DNA of 64,000 nt, from NCBI RefSeq assembly GCF_039654945.1, contig NW_027361687.1:23312001-23376000 (forward strand). The letters are read 5' to 3'. Below the pieces are notes generated by a model, which did no database searches, was not told the DNA's origin, and saw only the letters and a program-made list of their open reading frames with translations. A program made the translations under genes and the position numbers. The first letter of the stretch is position 1, and each line of letters opens with the position of its first letter. The stretch comes from Dendrobates tinctorius (taxonomy: Eukaryota). This document shows, one piece after another, positions 1 through 12,169 of this stretch.

Positions 1-621
1 TGTCCCTTTAACTAGGGGAAACCCTGTCTGACCCTCAACCCAGGGTTTTTGCTGATGGTGCAAATGCCTGAGCCTCCAACCTTTCCTTATCTCCTGCTCA
101 GCCCTAGGCTTAACCCTCCACCCTCCACCCAGTGAGGAGACAAACCACCAAAGCCCCACACAATAATGACAGACAGGGAGAACTTAAACTGCACCGCGCC
201 GCATACACACAGGAGTATACAGTAATGTGAACAGGGCACAACAAAACACAAATATGGGAAGGTGAAAAGGTAACAACGGATCATACGCCACCAGATACGA
301 ATCTCTCTCTCTCCAACACCTCCACTCCAGACCGGAACCACTTGGTATGAAACACAAGCTATAATCGGCGACGCCCATAGGCCAGCACGACTATTTAAAG
401 ACCGTGGGCGTGACCAAACATCCAACCTGATCTCCAGCTAGATTAACCCCCGATAACCTGAGAAAATCAAGTCGGCGCCACTGAGGCTATAGTGGACGGA
501 GGTGGAACTACCTCTGCTGCCGGACGCTGTGGTGTGAATAGCGTCCGACATGACAAGTGGACGGAGGTGAAACTACCTCTGCCTGCCGGACGCTGTGGTG
601 TGAATAGCGTCCGACATGACA
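1..621. mobile_element. LTR-like segment (probable Gypsy LTR remnant) ending ...TGACA, with its terminal ~65 bp tandemly duplicated
   Basis: Non-coding, ends in TGACA at both 555 and 621 (copies 491-555 and 556-621). It abuts the truncated Harbinger element. The other end may lie outside the window. Confidence 0.45.
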
Positions 622-2542
622 GCAGCGTCGCTTCGCACCAATATATTTCACGAAAACTAGCGATGCTGCAGTTTAACTCGTATGTGTAGTTACCTGCCCA
701 AGTGTGAGAACATCATTAATTCACAGGTATACATGGGAAGTTGTTTATTTTAAAAAAGACATAGTGCACTCGGTACAGGTATCAAAACAGGTTTTTTATT
801 AACATACACACACGAAAACATTTTTACACCATTTCATCTTGCCAGTGCACCCGTCCTACATCAGAGAAAAAGTAGGCCGCAAATTGGTCCCTCATTTGGC
901 CAACTTCAACGGATGACCTGAGAGGGTGCTGAGTGAATTCAGGCAATGGGTTAGGAACAGCATCATCGAGTTCAAAGGTCGGGTGCTCTTTAGCCATCAC
1001 AAAATTATGTAGAACCACACACGCCTTCACCACCTCATCCACTGTTTCAAGTTTAAGATTAATGGCTGTGCCGAGAATTCGCCATCTGGAGACAAGAATC
1101 CCAAAAGCACACTCTACAGTTCTTCTGGCCCTGGTCAGCCTGTAATTAAAGATTTTTTGGTGTGGTCCAAGTCACAGCTGGAGTAGGGTTTCAGTAGGTT
1201 TGCGCTCATTTGAAAAGCCTCATCCCCAACCATTACAAAGGGCAGTGACGGAGCTACGGTGTGGGGAAGAGGCCGTGGCATAGGGAAATTAAATTGGTTG
1301 CCATACAACCTCCGGCCCATGTCTGAGTTTTTAAAAGCCTGGGAGTCATTACCATGGCCAAATGCTCCAATGTCCACTGCTACAAACATACATCCGGCAT
1401 CCGCAATGGCCATGAGTACTGTTGAAAAGTACTGTTTGTAATTATAATACTCCGATCCAGTTCTTTTGGGTTTGATGATCCGTATGTGTTTATCATCAAC
1501 AGCTCCCAAACAGTTGAGGAAATTGCAGACTGTCCAGAATTTGTCAGCAATTTCCATCCACTTTTCAGCGGTGGGCAGGGGCATAAATTCTGGACAATGA
1601 ACGTTCCAGAGAGCCCGGCAGGTGTCCGCAACAATTCCAGACAAGGTGGAGATTCCAATACGGTACTGGAAGTGTAGTGAAGATAGGGTCTCTCCAGTCA
1701 CCAGGAATCTGCGAAACAGAGAAAGAAGTAAAATTAATATTTCTGTATATGGTTTTTTAAAACAATAAAAAAAAAATTAGTACATTCACGAAAAATAATT
1801 AGGCCAGGTTTAGAATAATACATGTCACAAAAAAAAAATGCAGACACCCCCCTTGGTTTTTAAATATTACGTACCGTAATGTCACCAGGAGCCGTTCCTC
1901 AGGAGGAATCGCACGACGGAGCTGTGTGTCCTGTCTCTGGATGGATTCTTGGACACGATCAAGCAAGTCCCTGAAACTTTCTTGGGACATCCGGATATAA
2001 TCTGTAAATTTCTCCGGGTTTGCCTGTAGCTCGCTCTAGAGGGTGTGGTATGCCCCACGGCTCTCCCGGAGTTCAATAATCGGATGTATCCACAAACGCC
2101 GTTGCTGCAGTCTTTGCTGTCTCTCTCTCTCTTCCTTTGTTCATGGCAAGCATCTGCATATGCCCTAGCCATCGCGATGTCCAAATCCAAGTTGAAGTGA
2201 AAACTCTTCCAGCGCAGATCCTTGTTGACACAAGAAAAATTAAGCAAATGTGAATACGGCTGTAGACAGGGTCTATATATTACCATACCACACCGCCACT
2301 GATGTCCCATTGGTGGTGTGTGTTGCAAGATTGTTATCTAGATTTCTTTTTGTGGGAAGACAAACAATGTCCAAAAAAATGCAAACGCATTGAAAACGCA
2401 TGCAAACGCATACAAACGCTGCGTTTTTTTTCTTCATGCGCACAAAAATGCTGGGAAAAAAGCAGCGTTTGTATGCATTTTTTTAATGCGTTTGTATGCG
2501 CAAAAAAACGCAGCGCAAAAAAACGCAAGTGTGAAAGTAGCC
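622..2542 (-). mobile_element. PIF/Harbinger DNA transposon (partial)
   Basis: One TIR, GGCTACTTTCACACTTGCGTTT on the - strand, ends at 2542 next to TTA (2543-2545). AAACGCA subterminal repeats span 2380-2530. A decayed transposase is inside. The second TIR was not found. Confidence 0.8.
824..2215 (-). pseudogene. Harbinger (HARBI1-like DDE_Tnp_4) transposase, frameshifted, one intron
   Basis: Peptides AIPPEERLLVTLR|FLVTGETLSSLHFQYRIG, CLGAVDDKHIRI, VGDEAF and ACVVLHNF. GT-AG intron 1874-1709 (CG|GTACGT...TTTCGCAG|A) restores TLR-FL. Frameshifts near 2050 and 1150. Confidence 0.9.
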
Positions 2543-4548
2543 TTATGCAGTGATGAGGCAGAAACACAGCAAAGTTCAAAGCAAAACATCTCTTTAATGT
2601 TCAACTCAGCAAAGCACAGCACACCATATCCTGCGGATTGCAGCCGGGCACATATCCTCTGGATTACAGTCACTAAACACGCTAGTCCTCCTCTGACAGA
2701 TTGCTGTAGGTAGCTTGCTGTAGGTGGCTGCACCACCGTGTTAATGTTCTACTCACAGAACTACTCACAGAATTACAGAGTACATGACATCCTCCAGATC
2801 ACAGCTGGGAACCATATCCTCCTCACTATACACGCCAGTCCTCCAGGCTCAGGACTGTCTACCTCCAGTTCACCGCCGGCACAAGACAGTCCACCTCCAA
2901 GACCTGTTGCTGCGGGTGACTGCACTGCTGCATACACTGTGGGGGCCAGGCCCCTGAGCTGCCTTGGCTCCGCTTGTCTGTGTTGCCTCACACAGATGGA
3001 GCACTGGAGAGCCGACTGCTCTGCCCTCTAGCACACACCAGACTGACACTCAACCTGACACATCCACACCCTATACTGCAGGGTTTTCAACTAGCAATCT
3101 GTGGCCTTCAGCCACATGGAAAACTCAGTCAGGAATGAAACGGACTGCACTAATAATATACTGTAGTCTGTTTCAAAACACCAAAACCCAGAGTAGGTTT
3201 TCCCCAAATCTGCCTGGACAACTACATGTCCAAGACCTATAGTCACTTTAGTCTGCAGTGCAACCACAGCTACGCCTGTAATTGCAATGTACTCTCATGA
3301 CCTCAATACGTCTCCTGTGCATCCTGGGGGGAACATACAGTGACCCTCACATGTCACTGCCTCACACTGCATAACACTGTACACATAGCGCGGATTGTTG
3401 TCTTCAGGGGTAGGGACGCAGCAGAACTGTCCATCATTATTACATATACATGCTTTTCTTTTACCGGAGGCAAACATAGGGATAGAGAAGGGGTTGCCCC
3501 AGTAGTGGACAACCCCTTTGAGACATGTACAGTCTCCAATAAACAGAGCCTCCATCTGTGTGTTTGATCAGGAAAGATAGCTGTAAACTGAACAACTAAA
3601 GAGTTGTTATAATTGGAGATGAGAAAATGTATTTAAATGGCATTGAATTCTACTCTCATTTTACAAAAATCCACATTGGCAGAAGTGTGGATTTTTTTAT
3701 AATTCGCCTCGCAGATTTAGCAAAATGGCGTCTGCTGGTCATTCAGCAATATTGTTTCAGAATGAAAAAAACAAGATTTAGTTTTAATACTTATAACCAG
3801 AGTGAAAAATATTCCTTTTTCAATTTAATTCCTTATTTTATTTTATTTAGATGATTATGGGGGGAGGGCATAGTGCCTGAGCTTCTTAGTTTTTGGTCTT
3901 ATCATGTTCCGGATGCTCCCCTGAGTATTCCATTTTTTTATTTTCTTTTTTAAATCTGCCATTCTATCCTACACGTATGGGCATTTTTATATAGTGCTAA
4001 TTTTTATGGCCTAAAGACATGCCCCCGAGGAATCCTGTGAGCACGAACCCGTTGTAAATAACGTAAAATGTACTACTAGTAACCCCATGGCGTGAATAAA
4101 ACATTACTGTACTGTAAGCGTCTGAAATCATAGTGTTCTGAAAAGGTGTTTTCTGGTTTTGGAAATCAACTGCACCCCAGCTGCAGCTTGTGTAATAAAA
4201 AAACAAACTAACTTGACTCACCCTCCCCTGCTCCAGCGCGGAGTCTCTATCACTGCATCTGGTGTCTATCATTGTCTGTAATTCCCACATCTTGTTGACA
4301 GCACTGCAGGCAGTCATTGAGCTCAGCAGCTCTGGGCAGCTCATCCTGTCAACTTGAGCAAAGTCTATGAGCTCACTGATGTTGACATGAGTTCAGATTT
4401 TTACACCATAACAGAAATCAGGGGCATCGACAGAGACTCAACACTGGACCTGGGGAGGGTGAGTACTTTACATTTTGTGCCAGGGTATAGTGGTTTTCCA
4501 AATCTGGAAAACTCCTTTAAAAATTTAAAGGAATTGTCCAGAATTAAC

Positions 4549-7372
4549 TGCCATGGTCTGTATGTGAATTCTGGTTTAGTGCTGCAGGGGTTAATACCTT
4601 TGGCCTCTCTCTGGTTCTGGGAGGGCTTTAAATAGCCTCATTTGAGCTCTGTCCGTTGTCATTGATACTTTTGACCTTGGCTTAGTTCCTGATCCCTGTG
4701 TATCTATGGATACTGTCTGCCTGTGTAGGTTTGCTCGGGTATGACCTGGTCCGTTCCTGTTTCTGATATTGCTGCCTGAACTGTACTTGTTTTGCCTCTC
4801 TGTTATGACCTTTACTTGTCCCTGACCTTCGGTTCCATTGCTCTTGCCTGTACCGCGCTGCTATCTCCGGTTTCCAAACTCTGCTTTGTGACTGGCTACG
4901 TCCCTGTCTTGCCCCTCCAGTACCATGCCATCTCCTGGCTTAGACCTGTGCCTGCCTGACTACTCTCTGGGCATCTCTAGACCAAGCACCGGTCTCTGGA
5001 GCGTCAGGGCTTGTCTCCACCCCCAGACACTCCCCCAGCAGTCACGTGCTTCAGGTCCTGTATGCCTGAAGCACGCATCTCCACTGCTGCCGGTCAAATT
5101 GGCATTTGAAGACTGGAGGCATTTTTTTGGAAGGGGCAGCACATCCTATCACTGTGATTACTGATCATAAAAACTTAGCCTATATTGAGTCTGCTAAAAG
5201 ATTAACTCCCAGACAGGCCTGCTCGTCGCTTTTTTTTCCCCGGTTTCAGGTTTCCATTACTTTTCGTCCTGAGTCCAAAAATGTCAAAGCTGATGCATTG
5301 TTTCGAAGCTTTGATTCTGGGTCTCCCCCCGAAACACCATCCTCCATTCTTCCACCCGGGGTGGTGGTGGCAGATGTCTCATCGAAGCGGGAGCGAGAGA
5401 TTTCAGAGGCTCAGTTTCTTGCTCCTGCTTCTAAACCCGAGGGTAAATTGTTTGCCCCGGAGCAATTTCGTTCTAGGCTCCTTCAAGAGTTTCATGGGTC
5501 TAGGCTGAGTGCTCATCCTGGGATTTCTGCCACACGGGAGGCCGTGGCAAGGATTTTTTGGTGGCCCTCGTTGGGTGCGGATGTCAAAAAATTGGTATCT
5601 GCATGTGAGGTTTGTGCCCGTTCTAAGAGCTCTCATAGCCGGCCGGCTATGAACTGATGCCTTTGCCAGTTCCTGATAGACCATGGACTCATTTGTCCAT
5701 GGATTTTATCACCAATCTCCCTCCTTCCAGGGGTAATATAGGTGGTGGTGAACAGGTTTTCCAAGCAACCTCAATTTGTACCCTTGTCCGCATTACCCTC
5801 TGCTGAAACCTTGTCCAGGCTGTTTGGTCCATCTGCACGGGGTACCCAGGAATGTGGTGTCAGCCAGAGGTGTGCAGTTTGTGGCTAAGTTCTGGAAGGC
5901 ATTCTGTAAAAAAATTGAATATTACTTTGTCCTTTTCTTCTGCGTATCACCCTGAGAGTAATGGTCAGACTGAAAGCCCCAATCAACACCTTGAGCAAAT
6001 TCTTCGGTGTTTGACCTCTGCTAGGCAGGATGAGTGGTGTGATGCGCTGCCTTTGGCTGAGTTCGCTTTTAGCAGTCATGTGAATCAGTCCACTGGTATG
6101 TCTCATTTCCTGGAGAACTATGGATTTAATCCACAGTTTGTGGAATTTTCTCGTTTGGATTCTGGTTGTCCTGGGGCGGAGGAGTCTGTACAGCATTTAA
6201 AAAATCGGTGGGCTGAGGTCCGGTGTAACATCTCCAAGTCTCAGGGGAGGTATAAGTTTTTTGTAGACAAACAGAGGGTTTCAGGTCATACTTTTCAAGT
6301 TGGGGAGAAGGTTTGGCTCTCCACGCAGAATATTAAGCTCAAAGTTTCCATCAGCCAAATTGGGGCCAAAATTCATTGGTCCATACGAAACTGTGGAGAT
6401 AGTCAATCCTGTAGCCTATAGGTTACGTCTCCCAGCCTCATTTAAAATTTCCTATGTGTTCCACAAATCCCTTTTAAAAGCTTTGGGATCTGTTGAGGAG
6501 GGTTCTGTGTTGACTGTTCCCCCGGTGTTGGTGGAGGGTCACATGGAATATGAGGTCGAACACATTGTGGATTCTCATCTGGTACGTCGCACCTTGCAGT
6601 ATCTGCTACACTGGAAGGGGTATGGTCCAGAGGATCGGTCGTGGTTCCCGGCCCAGTCTGTACACGCTGATCGTCTGGTTCGGGCGTTTCATGCCAGACA
6701 TCCTGAGAAGCCTGGGGGTCCAGTGGCCCCCCTTTAAGAGGGGGGTACTGTCATGGTCTGTATGTGAATTCTATTTTAGTGCTGCAGGGGTTAATACCTT
6801 TGGCCTCTCTCTGGTTCTGGGAGGGCTTTAAATAACCTCAATTGGGCTCTGTCCGTTGTCAGTGATACTTTTGACCTTGGCTTAGTTTCTGACCTCTGTG
6901 TATCTGTGGTTACTGTCTGCCTGTGTATGCTTGCTCGTGTATGACCTGGTCCGTTCCTGTTTCTGATATTGCTGCCTGACTCTGTACTTGCTTTGCCTCT
7001 CTGTTATGAACTTTGCCTGTCCCTGACCTTCCGTTCCATTGCTCCTGCCTGTACTGCGCTGCTATCTCTGGTTTCCAGACTTTGCTTTGTGACTATGTCC
7101 CTATCTTGCCCCTCCTGTACCATGCCATCTCCTGGCTTAGACCTGTGCCTGCGCGACCACTCTCTGGGCATCTCTGGCCCAAGAGCAGGTCTCCGGAGCG
7201 CCGGGGCTTGTCTCCGCCCCCAGACACTCCCCCAGCAGTTACGTGCTTCAGGTCCTGTTTACCTGAAGCATGCATCTCCACTGCTGCCACCCCGCCCCAC
7301 AGGTATCTTTGAGCATAGTTTGTTCTACTCAGGACATGCGCACTGGCTCAGTGAGCAAGTGCAGTGCGGACA
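4549..7372 (+). mobile_element. Ty3/Gypsy chromovirus LTR retrotransposon, internally deleted
   Basis: 5' LTR 4549-~5090 (truncated) and 3' LTR 6749-7372 (TG...CA). 5-bp TSD TTAAC at 4544-4548 and 7373-7377. Polypurine tract AAGAGGGGGGTAC at 6736-6748. Confidence 0.93.
5083..6737 (+). pseudogene. Gypsy pol remnant: RNase H C-terminus, integrase (HHCC, core, GPY/F) and chromodomain
   Basis: KLAFEDWRH, TDHKNL, FHGSRLSAHPG...CEVC, SAYHPESNGQTE, KLGPKFIGPY, EYEVEHIVDS...YLLHWKGYGPEDRSW. Multiple frameshifts and stops. Confidence 0.92.
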
Positions 7373-9405
7373 TTAACATATTGATGTCCTATCTAATGGA
7401 TGTCACCATTATGAGGTTGGTAGGGATCGGACACTTGCGAGTCGCATGATCTGATGCTAGCTGATCCAAGAGTGACCAGACGTAAGAAATGTATGAAGCA
7501 AAACACACTGGCCAGAATTCATCAAAGTGAAACTCCTTTGTAGGCTTTGTGCAATATCGGATGCCTACAAACATATTGTGATTTTTTTTCTTTGGGGGGG
7601 GGGGGGCAAAGCCCATCAAATTCAGCATAATTTCTACCACGAACGGGAACGGATCTCATATTACACCGGAAATGTACAGCAGCCCTTGGCTAGCATAGAT
7701 ACTGACAGAGGCCTCTTCATGAATTTGCTGCATCTCACTCGAGAGCACCGTTCATTAAGACTGGCATGCAATACACCAGTCTTGATCAGCAGGGAGGGGG
7801 GTTCCTGGTGTTAGACCACCACCGATTTCATATTCAAGATTTATCAGACAGATTGGTCATCAATATAGAACAAAATAAAAAAATATAAATATAAAATAAA
7901 TATAAATATAAAAGAGTAAATATTATTATTATACATTTATGTAGCGCCATTTATTCCATGGCGCTTTACATGTGAAAAGGGAAAATATAGACAAGTGCAA
8001 TAAATATGTGCAAGACAAGGGGCACACAAGTACAGAAGGAGAGAGGACCCTGCCCGCGAGGGTTGACAGTCTACAGGGAGGGTGAGGATACACAAGGAGA
8101 GGGTAGAGCTGGCTGTGCGGTGGTTCAGTAGACTGATGGTCATTTGCAGGCTGTAGGCTTGTCGGAACAGGTGGGTCCTAGGGGTTCTTCTTGTAGGTTT
8201 CCGTTGTTGGTGAGAGTCTGATATGTTGCGGTAGAGAGTTCCAGAGTATGGGGGAAGCACGGGAGAAGGCTTCTATGCGGTTGTAGGAAGAAGAGATGAG
8301 GGGGGAGTAGAGAAGGAGATCTTGAGAGGATCGAAGGTTGTGTGCAGGTAGGTACCGGGAGACCATGTCACAGATGTATGGAGGAGAGAGGTTGTGGATG
8401 GCTTTGTATGTCATGGTTAGGGTTTTGAACTGGAGCCTCTGGACAATAGGAAGCCAGTGAAGGGCCTTGCATAGGGGGGAGGCTGGGGAATAGTGGGAGA
8501 CAGGTGGATTAGTCAGGCAGCAGAGTGTAGAATGGACTGGAGTGGTGCCAGAGTGCTGGAGGGGAGACCAGAGAGTAGGAGGTTGCAGTAGTCGAGGCGG
8601 CAGATGATAAGGGCATGCACTAGTGTTTTTGTGGTTTCATGGTTGAGGAATGCGTGGATCCGGGAAATATTTTTGAGTTTGAGGCGGCAGGAGGAGGCAA
8701 GGGCTTGGATATGTGGTTTGAAAGAGAGGGCAGAGTCGAGGATCACCCCAAGGCACAGAGCGTGCGGGACTGGAGAAAGCGAGCAGCCATTGAAATTGAT
8801 GGATAGGTCTGGTGGAGGGGTAGCGTGAGATAGGGGAAAGATGATGAATTCTGCTTTGTCCATGTTCAGTTTGAGAAAGTGAGCAGAAAAGAAGGCTGAA
8901 ATAGCAGACAGACATTGTGGGATTTTGGTCAGTAAGGAGGTGAGGTCAGGTCCAGATAGGTAGATCTGCGTGTCATCGGCGTAGAGGTAATACTGCAAGC
9001 CGAGGGTTTCTATGAGCTGTCCCAGGCCGAAGGTGTAGATGGAGAAGAGTAGGGGTCCTAGGACTGAGCCATGAGGAACACCGACAGACAGGGGGCGAGG
9101 TGAGGAGGTAGTGTGTGAGAGGGAGACACTAAATGTTCGGTCTGTTAGGTATGATGAGATCTAGGATAGGGCCAAGTCTGTGATGCCAAGAGATGAGAGA
9201 ATCTGTAGCAGGAGGGAATTGTCCATGGTGTCGAAGGCAGAAGACAGGTCCAGGAGAAGGAGGACAGAGTAGTGTCGCTTGCTCTTGGCAGTAAGTAGGA
9301 CGTTAGTCACTTTAGTTAGGGCAGTTTTAGTTGAGTGATGCGGTTGGAAGCCAGATTGTAACGGGTCAAAGAGGGAACAGGAGGAGAGGTGGGAGGACAG
9401 TTTTA

Positions 9406-9799
9406 AGGGGGTTTTAGACATAGCGATATCGCTAGCAATATCGCTAAAACGTCAATGATTTTGTGACGATATAGCGATATCGCTATGTGTGATACTTACT
9501 TCCGACCGGCTCCCCCGCTGTCCATCGCTGATAGCGCGAGATCGGGTGGCTACATTTCTCGTCGTCTGCTTCCTGCTGGGCTTCCTGCTGTGGGAGACGA
9601 GCGACGCTGGACGCGGGCGGGAGGACGTCAGGATCGCTGTGTGTGAAAGGTGAGTATCGTGCGCTGCGTCACTGCTGCATCGCTGTGAGATCTTCCTGTG
9701 TGGAAGCTCACTAGCGATCATTTAGCGATGCACCAGCGATCCTGACCAGGTCGTATCGCTGGTCGGATCGCTGGTGCATCGCTAAATGTAACAGGGCCT
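9406..9799. mobile_element. Harbinger-type MITE inserted in L2
   Basis: Interrupts the L2 reading QHVYL|ELSSH. Flanked by TTA/CTA triplets, with imperfect terminal inverted repeats and many internal AGCGAT/ATCGCT palindromes. Related to 17676-18091. Confidence 0.7.
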
Positions 9800-10197
9800 C
9801 TAGATATACATGCTGTTCCAGTAGTTAAGAGGCATAAGGAAGAAGAAATATCGGGCGATAGTTAGACACAGAGGATGGGTCGATGAAGGGCTTTTGGAGG
9901 ATGGGTGTAACTGAGGCATGTTTGAAGGATGAGGGAAAGACACCATTTGTAAGTGAAAGGTTGAAGAGGTGTGTTAGAGTTGGGATGAAGACTGTGGCAA
10001 AGTTAGGGATGAGGTGGGACGGGAACGGGTCAAGCGCACAAGTGGTGAGGTGTGATCTTGACAGGAGGGTAGAGAGCTGAACTTCTGTCATAGTGAAGCT
10101 GGCTTTGGAAGAACAGGAGTGAGCGGCTAAGATGGGCATTGGGGGCTGCGGGCCAAAGCTTTCTCTGATCGTATCGATCTTCTGCTTAAAGAAGGAA

Positions 10198-10472
10198 TAA
10201 TAATAATAATCTTTATTTTTATATAGCACTAACATATTCCGCAGCGCTTTACAATTTGCACATATTATCATCACTGTCCCCGATGGGGCTCACAATCTAA
10301 ATTCCCTATCAGTATGTCTTTAGAATGTGGGAGGAAACCGGAGTACCCGGAGGAAACCCACGCAAACACGGGGAGAACATACAAACTCCTTGCAGATGTT
10401 GTCCTTGGTGGGATTCGAACCCAGGGCCCCAGCGCTGCTAGGCTGCAGTGCTAACCACTGAGGCACCGTGCC
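10198..10472 (-). mobile_element. tRNA-derived SINE inserted in L2
   Basis: On the - strand: head GGCACGGTGCCTCAGTGG (A box), GGTTCGAATCC (B box) and a (TAT)n tail. Same family as 21737-22003. Confidence 0.85.
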
Positions 10473-12169
10473 GCAAAGTCTTCAGCAGAAATGAGAGGGA
10501 GGAGGTGCTGTGGGACAGAGTAGAGAATTGAAAGTGTTGAAAAGCTGTTTAGGGTTGTGAGACAGTGAGCATATGAGGGATGCAAAGTAAGTTTGTTTTG
10601 TGGCAGAGAGTGTGTACTTGAAGCTGGCAAGGGACTGCTTGTATGCGTTGAAGTGCTCAGTTGAACGGGTTCTCTTATATCTCCGCTCAGCGTGCCTGGA
10701 AACCCGTCTCAGTTCTTTGGTCAGGCTGGTCAGCCAGCGCTGCCTGTTGATTGCATGAGTTTTGCTCTGCGTGAGGGGGGCGGCCGAATAAAGTGTTGCT
10801 GTTATTGTGGCGTTATAAAAGGTGGCAGCAGCATCTGTGTCATGAAGGGAAGCTATGTCTGTGAGAGGGAGAAGGGACTCAGAGAATGATTGTAAATTGA
10901 GGTATTTGAGATTTCTGCGAGGGTGAGTAAGTTTGTGGAGTGGGGGTTGCGCAGTAGGAGAGGTGAGGGAAGAGAATGTCAGTAGGTTGTGGTCAGACAG
11001 GGGGAGTGGTGAGTGAGATTAGTGAGGGAACAGAGACGGGTGAAGATAAGGTCCAGTGTGTGACCATCTTTGTGAGTGGCCGTAGAGGACCATTGAGTGA
11101 GGCCAAAGGAGGCAGTCAGTGATAAAAGTTTAGAGGCAGCTGAGCTGGAAGTGTCAATGGGGTTGTTGAAATCGCCTATGACGATGGTGGAGATGTCAGC
11201 AGAGAGGAAATGGAGTCACCAGGTGGTGAAGTGGTCCAGAAAGGTGGAGATGGCTAGTTCTAGGTGGAGGTAGATGACAGCCAGTTGGAGGTTGGAGGGG
11301 GTGTAGATGCGGATGGATTGCACCTCGAACGAGTAGCGGAGGGTGGAAGTTGAATTGGGGTAAAGGAGCAGGTATCAGACTGGAGAAAGCCAACTCCTCC
11401 ACCACGTTTGTTGCTGGGGCGAGGGGTGTGAGAGAGATGGAATCCGCCATAGGAAAGCGCAGGTGGAGAGGCTGTGTCAGAGGGAGTGAGCCAGGTTTCA
11501 GTGATGGCAAGGAAGGAGTTTGTTGGTGATAAAGACGTCATGGATAAACGACAGTTTGTTGCAGACAGAGCATGCGTTCCATAAGGCTTCAGGTAAGAGG
11601 ACCGGGAGAGTGGGGGCTGGATGAATAGGTATGAGGTTATCATGGTTGCAAAAACGTGTAGAGGATCGAGGCTGGATGTTAGAAATGAGTGTGGGGATTT
11701 GTTGAAGAGGGCCAGGATTTGGGGAAACGTCGCCAGCAATGAGAAGTAGCAGACAGAGCGTTAGAAGGTGGGAGCAGGATAGGACATGATGTGGCCGTGT
11801 ATGTCTGGAGAAAAAGGATTGCATGTGGAGGAACAGTTCTGAGGAGAAGGTGAGGTGGCTGGGAAGGATGGAGGGGGAAATTAATAGTTCCTTACTAGAT
11901 GGGGGGATTAAATATAATTATATAAAAAAAATTTAATAAAATATTAAAAAAATATATATATAATATGTAATTAAAGAAAAAATAAATACAATAACATACA
12001 GTTTATAAATAAAACAATAAAATTAAATATTAAAAAATGTATATTTTTTATTTAATTATAATATTTATATGTATAATGTTATTGTTGTATTCATATATAC
12101 ATGTATAATACAGTATTTATTTTTTATTTAAATCTAATATATAAAGCTCAAGTGTGTGTATGTATGTAT

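Larger units (their letters stand above)
7915..11900 (-). mobile_element. L2-clade LINE (APE endonuclease + RT), decayed, interrupted by a MITE and a SINE
   Basis: AITETWL and RGGGVG (endonuclease); [37 protein letters not shown] (RT). The 3' tail with (AAT)n is at ~7920-7970. Confidence 0.92.

Noticed and set aside
824-2215. Domesticated HARBI1 gene
   Set aside because: It has frameshifts, a mutated DG motif and a flanking TIR, so it is a decayed transposon.
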